A DNA stretch of 62,200 nucleotides, the filler included, from Aduncisulcus paluster (lineage: Eukaryota): the NCBI GenBank assembly GCA_024181965.1. It is 3 parts of 3 records of this genome, joined end to end, with 100 filler letters (N's around TTAATTAATTAA, not from the genome) between each part and the next. Parts side by side here need not be neighbours in the genome. Positions count along the whole stretch, not along the records: positions 1 to 30,719 come from BQXS01010796.1; 2 more parts are not named here. The stretch is one strand, 5' to 3'. Position numbers and translations under genes: made by a program. The notes under the pieces are model-generated. The model saw only the letters and a program-made list of their open reading frames with translations. It was not told the DNA's origin and did not search any database. Of the stretch, positions 11,897 through 23,278 are shown piece by piece; position 1 is the stretch's first letter, and each line of letters begins with the position of its first letter.

Positions 11897-11955
11897 AGAA
11901 AGACTCTTTCTCAGATCTTCGGAAGATCTTGACGACTTGTCTAACTTGAAGTTAG
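11897..11955. repeat. Cluster of three perfect inverted repeats with 1-nt centres
   Basis: AGAAAGA-C-TCTTTCT, AGATCTTC-G-GAAGATCT, CTAACTT-G-AAGTTAG. Confidence 0.9.
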
Positions 11956-12160
11956 TGAAGAAGGTATTATGGGTCCAATAATATGGGATTTATTATTAAA
12001 TTTTGTGTAAATTAATTTATTTTTTCGGTAAATTCCCTCACATTATCTGAGAAAATCCACTACTCTCATTTCATCCCAAATATGCCTAATGTTGTATAAT
12101 TTTCAAGTCATAAATATATCATCTGAATATAAATTCAGTGAAAGGAGTTAAATTATTCAA

Positions 12161-15100
12161 TTATTTTAATAAATCACTAACAAGCTCTTCACTCGAATGT
12201 TGAATTGCAAAATTAAGCAATTTCTTGAATTGTTTCACCAATTTCCTCTTCTCAACTCTGTGGTCCATCAAAGAAAGAAGCATGGAATGTTCATCAAATT
12301 TTAATTGGCTGAGAATTTGATATATTTTTACGAGGTAAAATGTAAAAATGGCACTGGTATGTCTCTCACATACATTATAAATGACTAAATGATCCGTTGA
12401 ACTCTCCTTTCTCCTCTCCTTGTGTTCTTTCACCCAGAAAACATGACTTAAAGACTGAATAACCTCATCATAGTTAGGCTCATCCTCAATCAATGTGTCG
12501 TAGTGTGCAAGAAGAATGGTTGAACAACGAACGAGAGAGAGGAAGAAACATTTCGAGTTAGAATTCAACACATGAACGATATCAACAATTGGACCATCAG
12601 TTTGCTCCTCTCTCTTCTCTTCTTGAACAATTATCCCAGATGTGTCGGACTCGATATCTTGACCATGCATCAGGGCACGGTGTGTTTGGATAATAGAAAT
12701 GTATCCACCCAAAGTTGAGCAGACTCTTCTTACCCGCTTTGCAACATCAACGATAGCGATAGAAAGTGAACTTTCCTTCATATTTTGTCGTTCTTTTTCT
12801 TCTTCGAGTCTCACGGCCCCTGAATACATGCACTCACATAAAAGTGTACAAAGACATGTCAAAGATCTGAGTGAGTTGTTATCACTCGAATGATTTAGGA
12901 TCTTTGGTGATGATGAACTTGTACTACATAATTTACATACAAATCGAATATTATTGACCAGTCTGTGAAGAAATGATTCGTGTGAGACCATTGTATGGCA
13001 TAAAAACTTTATATTATTACTGCAATTCAATGCACTGAGAGTCATCAATGAAACCACACATATTTTAGAATGAAGTTGAGGATTTGTCTCCTTGGGAAGC
13101 TCAGAAAGAGTGCTTGGGGGAGCTGAACTTTCCTCATCTTTCAAGCAATCCAAGACTTTCTTTGACCACAATCCAAGAGAATATGCAATGGAAAACATTT
13201 TCAACTTTGACGAGAGAGACCGGGTGGACACGGCAAGACCATTCAAACCAACACAAAACCACTGTCCAAACCCAACCTCACAAGCCAAAAGCAGAGAAAG
13301 GAGAAGGGAGGAGAATCTCGACAAAGTGACTGATTTGGACATTGAAAGTGACAAAAGTTTGTGAAGAAATGGAGGCATTTTGGAGACAGAAGAATGATGG
13401 GCTGAACTTTGACTCACATGCTGAGGACTGGTCGACACTGATGGTCTATAATTAGAAATCAGTGATATAACTGATTGCTGACAATCGGTTGCTCCCTTTT
13501 CAGGGGTTCTTGGTGCATAACAGCACGAGCACACAAGTTCCAAGGATATATCCCGAATATTACTCAGAATTTCGGGATAAGAAGATGTTGGTGCCTTATC
13601 TTCGTATTCAGAGGGAAGATCAGGGAAACAGAATACTAGCAACAGCACTGCCTGTACGATGGATAATGTGGACAGATCGGTGATATCACGATTCACCGCA
13701 GAAGGACTCCCCGTGAGCGTGCTATATTGCACTGAAGAGGGTGATACAGCCGTGGGATCATGTGCGGAAGGTGTCGGGAATAGAGCATTGGATGCATGGG
13801 GATGTTGAGTTGTTGAAGGGGAAAGGTATGGCGATGTCTGAAGAAGTTGATGGAGGTCATATTCAACACTCATCGCATGCCGAAGCATTGTCCGATGTCC
13901 ATCCCCAACATTGCCAACGAAAGCATTTAAACAGCCTCCTGGAGGCGAGAGAGAGCTCTGAAGACATCTAAGGAGAGAATACGCAAGGTTAATGACAGAA
14001 TGATCATCTTCAGTCATTCTAGAGATGGGAGAGGAAGGAGAAGGAGAAGGTTTCGCTTCAATGGGTATTTGACCAAGAAGGCCAAAGTCAGAGGGTCCAG
14101 AAATAACATCTGTATGTTTGTCTTGCTCTTCTTTCAGAGGTTGAGTTGGAACATCAGTGGAATGGATCTCTTTCAGAACCAATCCTCGACATTGAATAAG
14201 AATGGCGACAATACCTTCCCCACCGAATGGATTAATCGATATTTGTGGCGCATATTCTATAAATAGACACATAATACCTACAATCAGATGCATGCAAGAC
14301 GGATATCCTTGATCAAGCCCAACCATAGGCACTTTGATGGAAAATAATGGTAGTTTTCGGGATAAAATTGTAATAATTCCACTTATAGAGTTTGATATCT
14401 GTGAAATGGATTCGACAGAGTGTGTATCCTTATGCAGATGAGCAATAAATGAAATAAGTGAGAGACAGTTGAGGAAAACGCTTTGTACGGGTCCCTGGGG
14501 TGACGAAATCATGATTCTAAGACAGCGCGTAAGGAGAAACGCAAGATGAGAAAGCATAACCATCATTGTTTTCTGTTGTTTACCGAGTGATGGATTGTGA
14601 GAGAGATCATGAGTTTGGAATACCCGAGTATCAAGTCCGGAGTGAGCATCGGACAGGATAAGCTCGCATAATTGCAAGCACATGCTGAGGGTATGTGATG
14701 GAGCAGATACACACAAAAAACAGGACAAAACATGCATGATCTCAGTGTTATCCTTGAGTTGCTTTGTGATTTCCTCTCTAACAAACGTATTGATTGAAGA
14801 AGAGGTCTGTGTTTCGTGCTCTGATAACTCATGGAAGAACAATAGGTCTATTAAGAATATCACAAAAGACTCCACTGTACTCATCCAAGGATATGAAACA
14901 ACTTCAAAGTTCGCTTTAATCAGAGGGTTGGAAGCATCGGAATAAGGTAAAGAAGCACAATATCCATTGGTTTCAGAAGTGATTTGAGCGATTGGACAGA
15001 GCCTAGAGATGACAGAGCATATATGTGTAATTATGGACTTTGATGAGATATTAGATATTAATTCATATGGCCGCTCAATTAATAAGTCAAATAACTGTGG

Positions 15101-15520
15101 TAATATAGAGGAAAACCCTTGAGTATCGCATTCATCCAAAGATTCTAACAGTGTTGAAAATCGATCAGTCGAAGGAAAAGATTCAGATTGGGTAGGAATA
15201 AATATGGCGGGAGCTTTTGTTTCTCCTTTTTTCTCAGCAATTCCTGGAGCAGGAGGCGATTGAATGGGTTCGAGAACCGCTGGCTTCTCGGTCACCTCTA
15301 CTTCTTCAATTTTAGATGATATCGTAATGATAGATTTGTCAACAGGTATTGGAGCATCTTCGTCTAAATTGTCAAAGAAATCTTCTTCTTCAGCCTTGTG
15401 GATGTCGGCTAGTTTATCATTGACAATCTTATCGACGTCAGATCCGTCCATTTCATCCAATATATCCGAGACATTATCGTCTCCGTCATCTAATAAACTA
15501 AAACCATCACCAGGATCCAT
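12161..15520 (-). CDS. Hypothetical large protein, acidic N-terminus, possibly ARM/HEAT-like helical repeats
   Basis: 1119-aa ORF; Leu/Ser/Cys-rich amphipathic helices separated by low-complexity linkers; fold assignment is a guess. Confidence 0.8.
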   Translation of the reverse strand: MDPGDGFSLLDDGDDNVSDILDEMDGSDVDKIVNDKLADIHKAEEEDFFDNLDEDAPIPVDKSIITISSKIEEVEVTEKPAVLEPIQSPPAPGIAEKKGETKAPAIFIPTQSESFPSTDRFSTLLESLDECDTQGFSSILPQLFDLLIERPYELISNISSKSIITHICSVISRLCPIAQITSETNGYCASLPYSDASNPLIKANFEVVSYPWMSTVESFVIFLIDLLFFHELSEHETQTSSSINTFVREEITKQLKDNTEIMHVLSCFLCVSAPSHTLSMCLQLCELILSDAHSGLDTRVFQTHDLSHNPSLGKQQKTMMVMLSHLAFLLTRCLRIMISSPQGPVQSVFLNCLSLISFIAHLHKDTHSVESISQISNSISGIITILSRKLPLFSIKVPMVGLDQGYPSCMHLIVGIMCLFIEYAPQISINPFGGEGIVAILIQCRGLVLKEIHSTDVPTQPLKEEQDKHTDVISGPSDFGLLGQIPIEAKPSPSPSSPISRMTEDDHSVINLAYSLLRCLQSSLSPPGGCLNAFVGNVGDGHRTMLRHAMSVEYDLHQLLQTSPYLSPSTTQHPHASNALFPTPSAHDPTAVSPSSVQYSTLTGSPSAVNRDITDLSTLSIVQAVLLLVFCFPDLPSEYEDKAPTSSYPEILSNIRDISLELVCSCCYAPRTPEKGATDCQQSVISLISNYRPSVSTSPQHVSQSSAHHSSVSKMPPFLHKLLSLSMSKSVTLSRFSSLLLSLLLACEVGFGQWFCVGLNGLAVSTRSLSSKLKMFSIAYSLGLWSKKVLDCLKDEESSAPPSTLSELPKETNPQLHSKICVVSLMTLSALNCSNNIKFLCHTMVSHESFLHRLVNNIRFVCKLCSTSSSSPKILNHSSDNNSLRSLTCLCTLLCECMYSGAVRLEEEKERQNMKESSLSIAIVDVAKRVRRVCSTLGGYISIIQTHRALMHGQDIESDTSGIIVQEEKREEQTDGPIVDIVHVLNSNSKCFFLSLVRCSTILLAHYDTLIEDEPNYDEVIQSLSHVFWVKEHKERRKESSTDHLVIYNVCERHTSAIFTFYLVKIYQILSQLKFDEHSMLLSLMDHRVEKRKLVKQFKKLLNFAIQHSSEELVSDLLK

Positions 15521-15800
15521 TTTAGAATTTGATTTCGAAAGAAAAAGCCAAAATCACGAGATGTTACTATTAACGGAATAATATACAAAATACAGATCAA
15601 TTCTTTTATTATTATAGGTCTAAACGATTAAATTATCCCCCAAATCATTCAATAATTTGGAAATTCATCGATTAATCATCAAAGTCCACTGAATACATTG
15701 TATATTCTGTTCCTTTCAATATACTATTGCACTAAATGATATTATGAAAAGAATATTAACCGGGTTGCCATGACAAATGACGTAGAATCTCTCGACAAAA

Positions 15801-15866
15801 TGACAAACTTTGTCAGGTGCAGCACCAGACAACGGTCAGTGACCGGTGAAAATGAGGTGAAAATGA
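15801..15866. repeat. Three near-abutting perfect inverted repeats plus a short direct repeat
   Basis: TGACAAA-C-TTTGTCA, GGTGC-A-GCACC, CGGTCA-G-TGACCG, then GTGAAAATGA x2. Confidence 0.9.
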
Positions 15867-15966
15867 AAAAAGAATCCATTTAAATTAAAGATCCAGGCCA
15901 ATATCAAATCGGATAACAAATTATGATAAAGATATTCGAACGGCTTCACAAGAATAATATTCAAGT

Positions 15967-16674
15967 TTAAAAGAAAAAATTCTCTTCTTCTTCAACATAA
16001 GTTTCGTCAGCAACAATATCGTCTTGCTCTTGATCTATGGCCAATTCACACACAGATCCTTCAGGATAACATAATAGAGAACCCTTTCCTTTACGATCAC
16101 CCAATTTTCCTTCAAACCATTGAGTAATAAAACTATTTATATTTTCTCCGACTTCTTTTGTCAAAATAAAGAAGTGAGGATCGATTCCTTTGCGAATATT
16201 ATGTTTTTTATATCGTGAAAAGTAAGCATTTGAAAGTTTAAAGCTCAAATTTTGACATGAGGATACATTTTGCACTCTTCGTTGTTCCTTAAACATTGTA
16301 TAATATATAAAGAAATAACATTGTTTGTAGATTGTTTCTTTCATCTTTCTGCTCTTGGATTCTTGTTGAATACGCCGTTGAAGTTCAGGATCTTCCTCAC
16401 CTCGAGGACTTAAGAATTCATCTAATTCGGAATCCTTAATAACTTCTTCTTTCTGAAAATAATCATCTATATGAGTTTCTTGTGGTTTTGGATCCTCTTC
16501 CACCATATATACGGGAGCCGTTTCAATTTCTTTTAAAAAATAGTCTAATGATTGTGAATATCGCTTTTGTTGTTGTTCCCGATGAAACCTTTCTCTTTTT
16601 AATTCTCCAGTCGGATCAATTTCATTCGAAGTTGCAGAAACTTCAGTATAACTTCGTCGTTTTTCTCCTGGCAT
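15967..16674 (-). CDS. Hypothetical protein (likely start MPGEK; ORF track extends to TTG 16764)
   Basis: Charged ~235-aa ORF; the upstream extension is AT-rich and UTR-like. Confidence 0.7.
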   Translation of the reverse strand: MPGEKRRSYTEVSATSNEIDPTGELKRERFHREQQQKRYSQSLDYFLKEIETAPVYMVEEDPKPQETHIDDYFQKEEVIKDSELDEFLSPRGEEDPELQRRIQQESKSRKMKETIYKQCYFFIYYTMFKEQRRVQNVSSCQNLSFKLSNAYFSRYKKHNIRKGIDPHFFILTKEVGENINSFITQWFEGKLGDRKGKGSLLCYPEGSVCELAIDQEQDDIVADETYVEEEENFFF

Positions 16675-17234
16675 CTTATGCATGAATATTAATAAAGATA
16701 ATTTATATGGGTTATTGAAAAATTGATGAATTAATCTAAATGCTAGGATATAATCGTCTAACAAAAAATAGGGGAAAACGGGTTCAAAAGAAATATTCCA
16801 GTAATGATATGTAGAAAAATAAAAGAAAGAAACTATTCAAATTCAAATAAAAAAGAGTTGAGTGATAGTTTCCTCGATACTCTTTGTAGCCCAAACAAAA
16901 CAGAAAAATCCAAATTGGTTCCGATCTTTTTTCCAGATTTCAATTGGACATCGATGAACAGTTATTTCAGTATTAAATGGTATTATGCTTAATTTCCATC
17001 CGTTTTTTCATTGGATATTCCTCCAAACTACGAGATATAATTTCTTTGGATGAAAGACTTGATTTTGATCAAGTAATTTATTTTTTATGACATGATTCAT
17101 CTTATTCATGTTTGATACATCGAAAGAATTCAAGATCATGAATCTGAGGTTTGACATGACCTCCGAGATTCTGACCGATTGTCTTCTGATTTCGTGGCTA
17201 ATCAGATTTATTTTCCAACATTCTTGAATCATCT

Positions 17235-19639
17235 ATGCAATCTTGGTCCTTTTTCCTGATTTTTTTACTGGGTATCTCTCTTTTTGTTGAAGCTGCTCGT
17301 TCTCCCTCCTTTTCAGAGACAGATATGAAGCTATTCTTAATGAAATTCGATGAATATATTCCAAAAAGAACCCAATTTTATGGTTTGAATGACATTCAAC
17401 GATTTTGTTTTATGGATACTCATATTGAGAGAACGATTCATAAACTTGTAAATCAGCATTTGTCATCTCATGACATTTCTGCCTTTCATCAGTTTAGTCA
17501 ATATTCTCAAGCTATTCAGAATAATTTGTTTGATTTAATTCTGTATGATCTCCTTTTGCATGTGTCTTCTGTCTTTCTCACCTTTATTGAGAGTTCCCCG
17601 AATCCATTCAATTACATTTCCACTGAAGACATTGTATATTCTGTTTGGGGAGATGATGATACTCTTGATATCGGTGAAGATGTGATGTGGAGTGCTTATA
17701 TGTCCCTGCCACAATCTCTGAACTATCCCTCTGTAAAAGAACAGGCATTTATTGATGAACAGATGATCAAAACAAACAATACACGCCTGTCCGATGAAGA
17801 ATTCGCTCTACGTCTTTATCCTAGGGTTTCGTGTCATGAGTTTGGATCACATTTAAGTTTGATATCTGACGTTTATCCCGATCTAAACCTTAAATCAATT
17901 CTTATTATGCGTAACCAATTGTCTCAAGTGTTTGACGCCTCTTTACTCTCTTCGACTGCTACTAAATTGCCTCCAAAGACCTCTCTCATACCTTGGTACA
18001 TCGTTGTGCTTGTTGAAGATCTTTATTATGAATATGTGGACAAAGGAAAAGCCAAAATGAGTGAATTCCTCGAGTTTAAAAGGGAAAGAATGCGAATGGT
18101 TCACGAAAGACGAATGGATCTTAAGAAACACGATGAAGACGGGTATATCTACGTTGGCGATGGATGGAAACAATGGATTGAGAACTCTGATGCAGATAAC
18201 AACATAAATAACGCTATTAATTCGAATGGCATGAACAATTCTGCTGATTTGGAAGGGCAAGGCCAGAATAATGAAAAGGGGTGGTGGGGTGATTTCATTT
18301 CATCATTCTTTATATTTGGAGACAATAGAAAAGAGCAAGAAGAGGAGAATGTTAATTCAAATTCTTCTTCTTCTTCCCAAAACGATCTTCTCATTCCAAA
18401 AATAGATAAATCTACGGCTTCAGTATCTATTCCTTTCCTTCAATCGGAATTCTTTGTTGAATCTTCCTTCTTGTCTTCCTTTTTGAACCATTATTTCTTG
18501 GAATACAGCCATATTTTTCATGATCTTGCTCTCCCATCTCTTTCTGATGCTCACTTAATCAGAAATTCCATGNNNNNNNNNNNNNNNNNNNNGGAGACAA
18601 TAGAAAAGAGCAAGAAGAGGAGAATGTTAATTCAAATTCTTCTTCTTCTTCCCAAAACGATCTTCTCATTCCAAAAATAGATAAATCTACGGCTTCAGTA
18701 TCTATTCCTTTCCTTCAATCGGAATTCTTTGTTGAATCTTCCTTCTTGTCTTCCTTTTTGAACCATTATTTCTTGGAATACAGCCATATTTTTCATGATC
18801 TTGCTCTCCCATCTCTTTCTGATGCTCACTTAATCAGAAATTCCATGGTTGTGGATGGAAAACTTAAATATATTTCATATGCAGAGGATCCTCTTTATGA
18901 TGATCTCACTGGAGATCTATTTTTAGATATTGAATCAAATACATCTGAAATCGGTTCTTCTTCTTCTTCTTCTTCTTCTCTGAATTCTGTTGATGACGGG
19001 TTAATCGTTCGGATTAGGTCAAGTGAAATTGTAGTTCGACTTGAATTGTCAAACGGGAGGGTAATTCCGTATTTAATATACGCATCTTTGCGTTGTCCAA
19101 TGTTGTCATCTCGAGAAAAGGAATTACGTCATATTGATCCGACAAATCGGGATATTTCTTCAATTCCACCAAACTCATGTCTGCTTGAGAGCATTGGAAT
19201 TCTGTCAGAGGAAAATACTGTTCAAAATGACCTCCTTTCTAATATATTTATCCAAAAAACACAGAAATTCATAGATAAATCAGATAATTTAGTTTATTCG
19301 GGACTTCCATTAGCTTTTATTGAAGGAAAAACTAATGCCGAAGACTTCCAGCTTGAAATAGAGAATATCAAGGCATCAAATTCACAACAAAAGCAAGAAA
19401 AGAAGGTGAATTGGCTAATTAGATTATGGAATTGGATTATTAATATCCTTTTCTTTTGGAGAACGCCTCCAAAATCAAATTCTGAAGGTACTTCTATCAG
19501 TGAATCTATTGATGTTTTGAGTTATTCAGTTAATGAATCGTCAAAAATTGAAAAGTTAAATCATTCAGAAATAGCTTTAAAGGACGAGGGCAGATTCACT
19601 GTTGTCATGAATGATATCATGAATTTATTCTATTTCTAA
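17235..19639 (+). CDS. Secreted/membrane protein (~709 aa once the duplicated gap flank is removed)
   Basis: N-terminal signal peptide (MQSWSFFLIFLLGISLFVEA) and C-terminal aromatic helix WLIRLWNWIINILFFW; 18318-18572 duplicated at 18593-18847 around 20 Ns; joining 17235-18572 to 18848-19639 gives one open frame. Confidence 0.8.
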
Positions 19640-20078
19640 GGTTAAAAAATTGATAACGATTTAATTTTATTCAAAATTAAATAAATAATTTAAATGTGCT
19701 ATATTGCTTTCCTCTTGTAATCAATTGATTTTTTTTCTTCCTGTTTTGTCGGACTGACTGGCAGCTCATCAAAGTTGTTGTTTTAATTTATATTCATTGT
19801 GGAGTTGTTAAACATAATTAGTCATAANNNNNNNNNNNNNNNNNNNNCACTGTTGTCATGAATGATATCATGAATTTATTCTATTTCTAAGGTTAAAAAA
19901 TTGATAACGATTTAATTTTATTCAAAATTAAATAAATAATTTAAATGTGCTATATTGCTTTCCTCTTGTAATCAATTGATTTTTTTTCTTCCTGTTTTGT
20001 CGGACTGACTGGCAGCTCATCAAAGTTGTTGTTTTAATTTATATTCATTGTGGAGTTGTTAAACATAATTAGTCATAA
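19597..20078. other. Assembly artefact: 231-bp flank duplicated across 20-N gap (19828-19847)
   Basis: 19597-19827 is repeated at 19848-20078. Confidence 0.9.
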
Positions 20079-20113
20079 TTTACGATATTTTTTCTTCTTA
20101 TTGTGCTTAAAAT

Positions 20114-20159
20114 TATCTCCGAGATAGAGTGACTCTAGCGATTTGTCCAAGTAATCGCT
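20114..20159. repeat. Three overlapping/abutting inverted repeats upstream of a gene
   Basis: TATCTC-C-GAGATA, TAGAGT-G-ACTCTA, AGCGATT-N9-AATCGCT. Confidence 0.85.
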
Positions 20160-20232
20160 TATACTTAAAAAGGATCTTTTATCATATTGTCATTTTAGTT
20201 TAATTTGAGTGTTTTTACTAAATCAAATCCTG

Positions 20233-20739
20233 ATGTCATCGTGCATTGGAGAGCTTTTTCGATCGTATGGCGAGTTCTCTCGCTCTGTTAGTTCAAATAG
20301 TTTTCAAACCGTTTCTAAAGAATGTCCATTTTCGCTGGATGATTCATATATTATTAAATTTGATAAAATGTCATCGAGAGGTGTTTTTAAGGAACCTACC
20401 GGCGAAGATCAATTGTATTATTTCTTAGATGGTCACGCAGGTTTGTTTTTCGACCAGTTACATCTTTGTTTTGAAGAAAGTTCAAATGTTGAGTGCATAA
20501 TGATTTGTGTCTCGGCACATTCTCTTGCTCCCAAGAAAATAACAATATCTTTTCATTCAATACCAAGTGGGACCATAAACAAATATTATTTTATCTGCAA
20601 AGCCGCGGAAGCATCATGGGAATGGCACAGACTCGAAGTTGGCTTGGATTCGATTCACAAATGCTCAATCATTGTGGAAGATACTTGGGGAAGTGACGAA
20701 TGCTTTTTATATGGATTAAAAATAATCAAAAAGATTTAA
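20233..20739 (+). CDS. Single-domain member of the expanded beta-sandwich (APC10/DOC-like?) family
   Basis: F..LHLCF...V..IMICV.....PKKI.ISF...Y.F...WEWH.L.V...IHKC.I pattern aligns by eye with the 3382-4515 repeats. Confidence 0.75.
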   Translation: MSSCIGELFRSYGEFSRSVSSNSFQTVSKECPFSLDDSYIIKFDKMSSRGVFKEPTGEDQLYYFLDGHAGLFFDQLHLCFEESSNVECIMICVSAHSLAPKKITISFHSIPSGTINKYYFICKAAEASWEWHRLEVGLDSIHKCSIIVEDTWGSDECFLYGLKIIKKI

Positions 20740-21366
20740 ATATGTCAATATTTTTGGACATATTTTAAAAATTATCCTCTTACTCAGATTGAAATGTTAT
20801 ACTTTGCAAATCGGAGCCATAATTCCTTTATTTGTGCTACAATATCTCTATAAATATGAATATTTCTACAACACCAATATTTCTTTATGAGTCCACCCAA
20901 GTATTTTACCTTAGACAAAAGCTCACAAGTGAATCACTCGAATCGATTGTATAACATGTATAATATTAATTTCCTTGTCGTTCAGTGTGGATTATTAGAT
21001 CATCCGGCTATATATTTGACTATAGATTCAACAAATGATTCCCTGATACCTCTCATCTTTCTAAATATAGTACATCTTTCTATTTATATCCGATTAAATT
21101 GGAATTCTGACATTTGGATTGCAAAAACACAATGTAGTATTTTTGTTTCGTATTATTTTGTTGTAAACTTTAAATAAATATCTTGATTGATTAATCAGAA
21201 CTCAATGCAATATCATTATATTGATTTTACCTCACCAATTCAATTGGAAGAATGGATGTTTGGACGGTTGAGAGAAGTAGAGATTTTAAAATCTCTCTCA
21301 ACGGTCTATAAATAGAACATTAGAACTCTTAAACTCAATATATAGAATTTTATAAACAAAAAAACA

Positions 21367-22975
21367 CTAAACTTTCGGATTAGAACTCCCATAATCTGTT
21401 GGCAATCCCATGGAATTTTCTGATTCTTGAGTTACAATAGCTCGAACACGAGAACCACCAAGGAATGTCATGATAAACGATTGGTTCCTTTCTTGGGAAG
21501 CAATATTTTCATTATCTTCATCATCTGACCCAGAAAGGGTATTTTTAGATGACTGAGAAACATGTAGGAGGAAGAACACACCACCGATCACGAAAGGAAG
21601 TGCAATAAAATCGGAGAGTATAACAAAACACACAAGAAGGGCAAAATTCTTTCTTTTTGACCGCATTTGACCTATGGAACCTGGCCAGACGGACAGAGAG
21701 AACGAAAAAAGACTGTAGAATGGATCCAATAAAATACTTCCGATTTGTAGATATATAGAAACTAATCTGGCCCACAATGGAGTACTTGGTGGCATAACAA
21801 GGGCCTTTACGGTGATAATTACGGGAATATTGATCACAAAAGTCACGGCATAGGTAGTTAATAGTTGAATGATGGCAACGGCAAAAATAGAATGATTTGA
21901 GAAGGAAAAACATCGTCCAAAGAGAAATAGAATGAACCAGGAGACAATAATGGCAAAACCAGCAGCGGCCTGTCGATAATAACCAAACAGGCTCCAAAAG
22001 GCGAAATTATAGGAGAAATTGGAAAAAACAAGACCCAAAAGTGCTTCCATTGTGGCAATTGTTCCAAAAAGCCAGAACAATATCTCAAAAAAATATACAA
22101 AGCTCCAAATATATTTCGGTCTTTTTTCGATATTGATAAATCTTTTGAATGCTGGAAGAAACATGAATATAACGTTGGTAATCGTACCAATAAGAAGTNN
22201 NNNNNNNNNNNNNNNNNNATGGCAAAACCAGCAGCGGCCTGTCGATAATAACCAAACAGGCTCCAAAAGGCGAAATTATAGGAGAAATTGGAAAAAACAA
22301 GACCCAAAAGTGCTTCCATTGTGGCAATTGTTCCAAAAAGCCAGAACAATATCTCAAAAAAATATACAAAGCTCCAAATATATTTCGGTCTTTTTTCGAT
22401 ATTGATAAATCTTTTGAATGCTGGAAGAAACATGAATATAACGTTGGTAATCGTACCAATAAGAAGTAATATCCACTTATAATCGATGCTAAAGACCACA
22501 TTTGATGAGTGGGAATAAGTTACCTCCAAAATGAAACTCAAACCATAAGCAATTGTTATAATTGCAGATATCACGACTTCCCAGACAATTTCACCCCATG
22601 GCATAACAATATTACCTTGTAAATCACGGCCGCATTCCCTTAATAAGCAATCTGGAAAGAAAGAATGCTTCCAAAAAGAATAAAAGAACATATTGATGGC
22701 AGCACAGTCAGAACATCCAAATGTGTTCCTACTTTCAGCAATTGATTCGGAAGATTCGGTCTCTTATGAAAAAATGGATAAAAACATTGATAGTGGATAA
22801 ATAAAAAAGAGGATGAGGATAAAAAAACGTTTATGGTGAATGACAAGCAAACGATCAGAAAGAACAATCGAAAGAATCATCAAAGCGATGATTTTAAGCA
22901 AAAATATATCATACCTTCATTGGAATTCTCCACAGAGCCAACTGATTGGGGGGCGAATAGATCAACTTGTTCCAT
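21367..22975 (-). CDS. Multipass membrane protein, 2 exons (22975-22915, 22762-21367), ~395 aa after removing the gap duplication
   Basis: About 7-8 hydrophobic segments; 21950-22198 duplicated at 22219-22467; the spliced and merged length of 1188 nt is in frame. Confidence 0.78.
22763..22914 (-). other. Spliceosomal intron, 152 nt, phase 1
   Basis: GTATGA...CATAAG with no internal AG; splicing joins MEQVDLFAPQSVGSVENSNE to ETESSES... in frame. Confidence 0.75.
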
Positions 22976-23252
22976 CAATCACAAGAACACACAAAAAAAA
23001 TCCAAATTATATTATATTTTGTTTGGAGATAATAATTACTTTTCGATTTCCGGAATGAATGATATCAAATAATGATTATCGCCGAAAGAATCCAACTTCA
23101 AACGTTTTGAAAATGAAATCATCATTCGAAACGTTTTACTATTTAGGAGTTCACAACTTAAAACCTTAATTTTTTTCTTGTTAATTCTGCTCAAAAAGGA
23201 TCTCTAATTATTTTATTTTCCATTCTTTCTTAAATGAGTTTTGTCCGGTGGA

Positions 23253-23278
23253 AGTATAACTTATACTAAGTTGAACTT
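23253..23278. repeat. Two abutting inverted repeats (C-centred then G-centred)
   Basis: AGTATAA-C-TTATACT directly followed by AAGTT-G-AACTT. Confidence 0.85.

Noticed and set aside
15764-15777. RFX X-box-like GTTGCCATGACAAA
   Set aside because: Imperfect second half-site, single instance, and no evidence for RFX in this lineage.
15801-15845. tRNA gene (cloverleaf-like hairpins)
   Set aside because: No acceptor stem, TTC loop or 7-nt anticodon loop; kept as an unexplained palindrome cluster instead.
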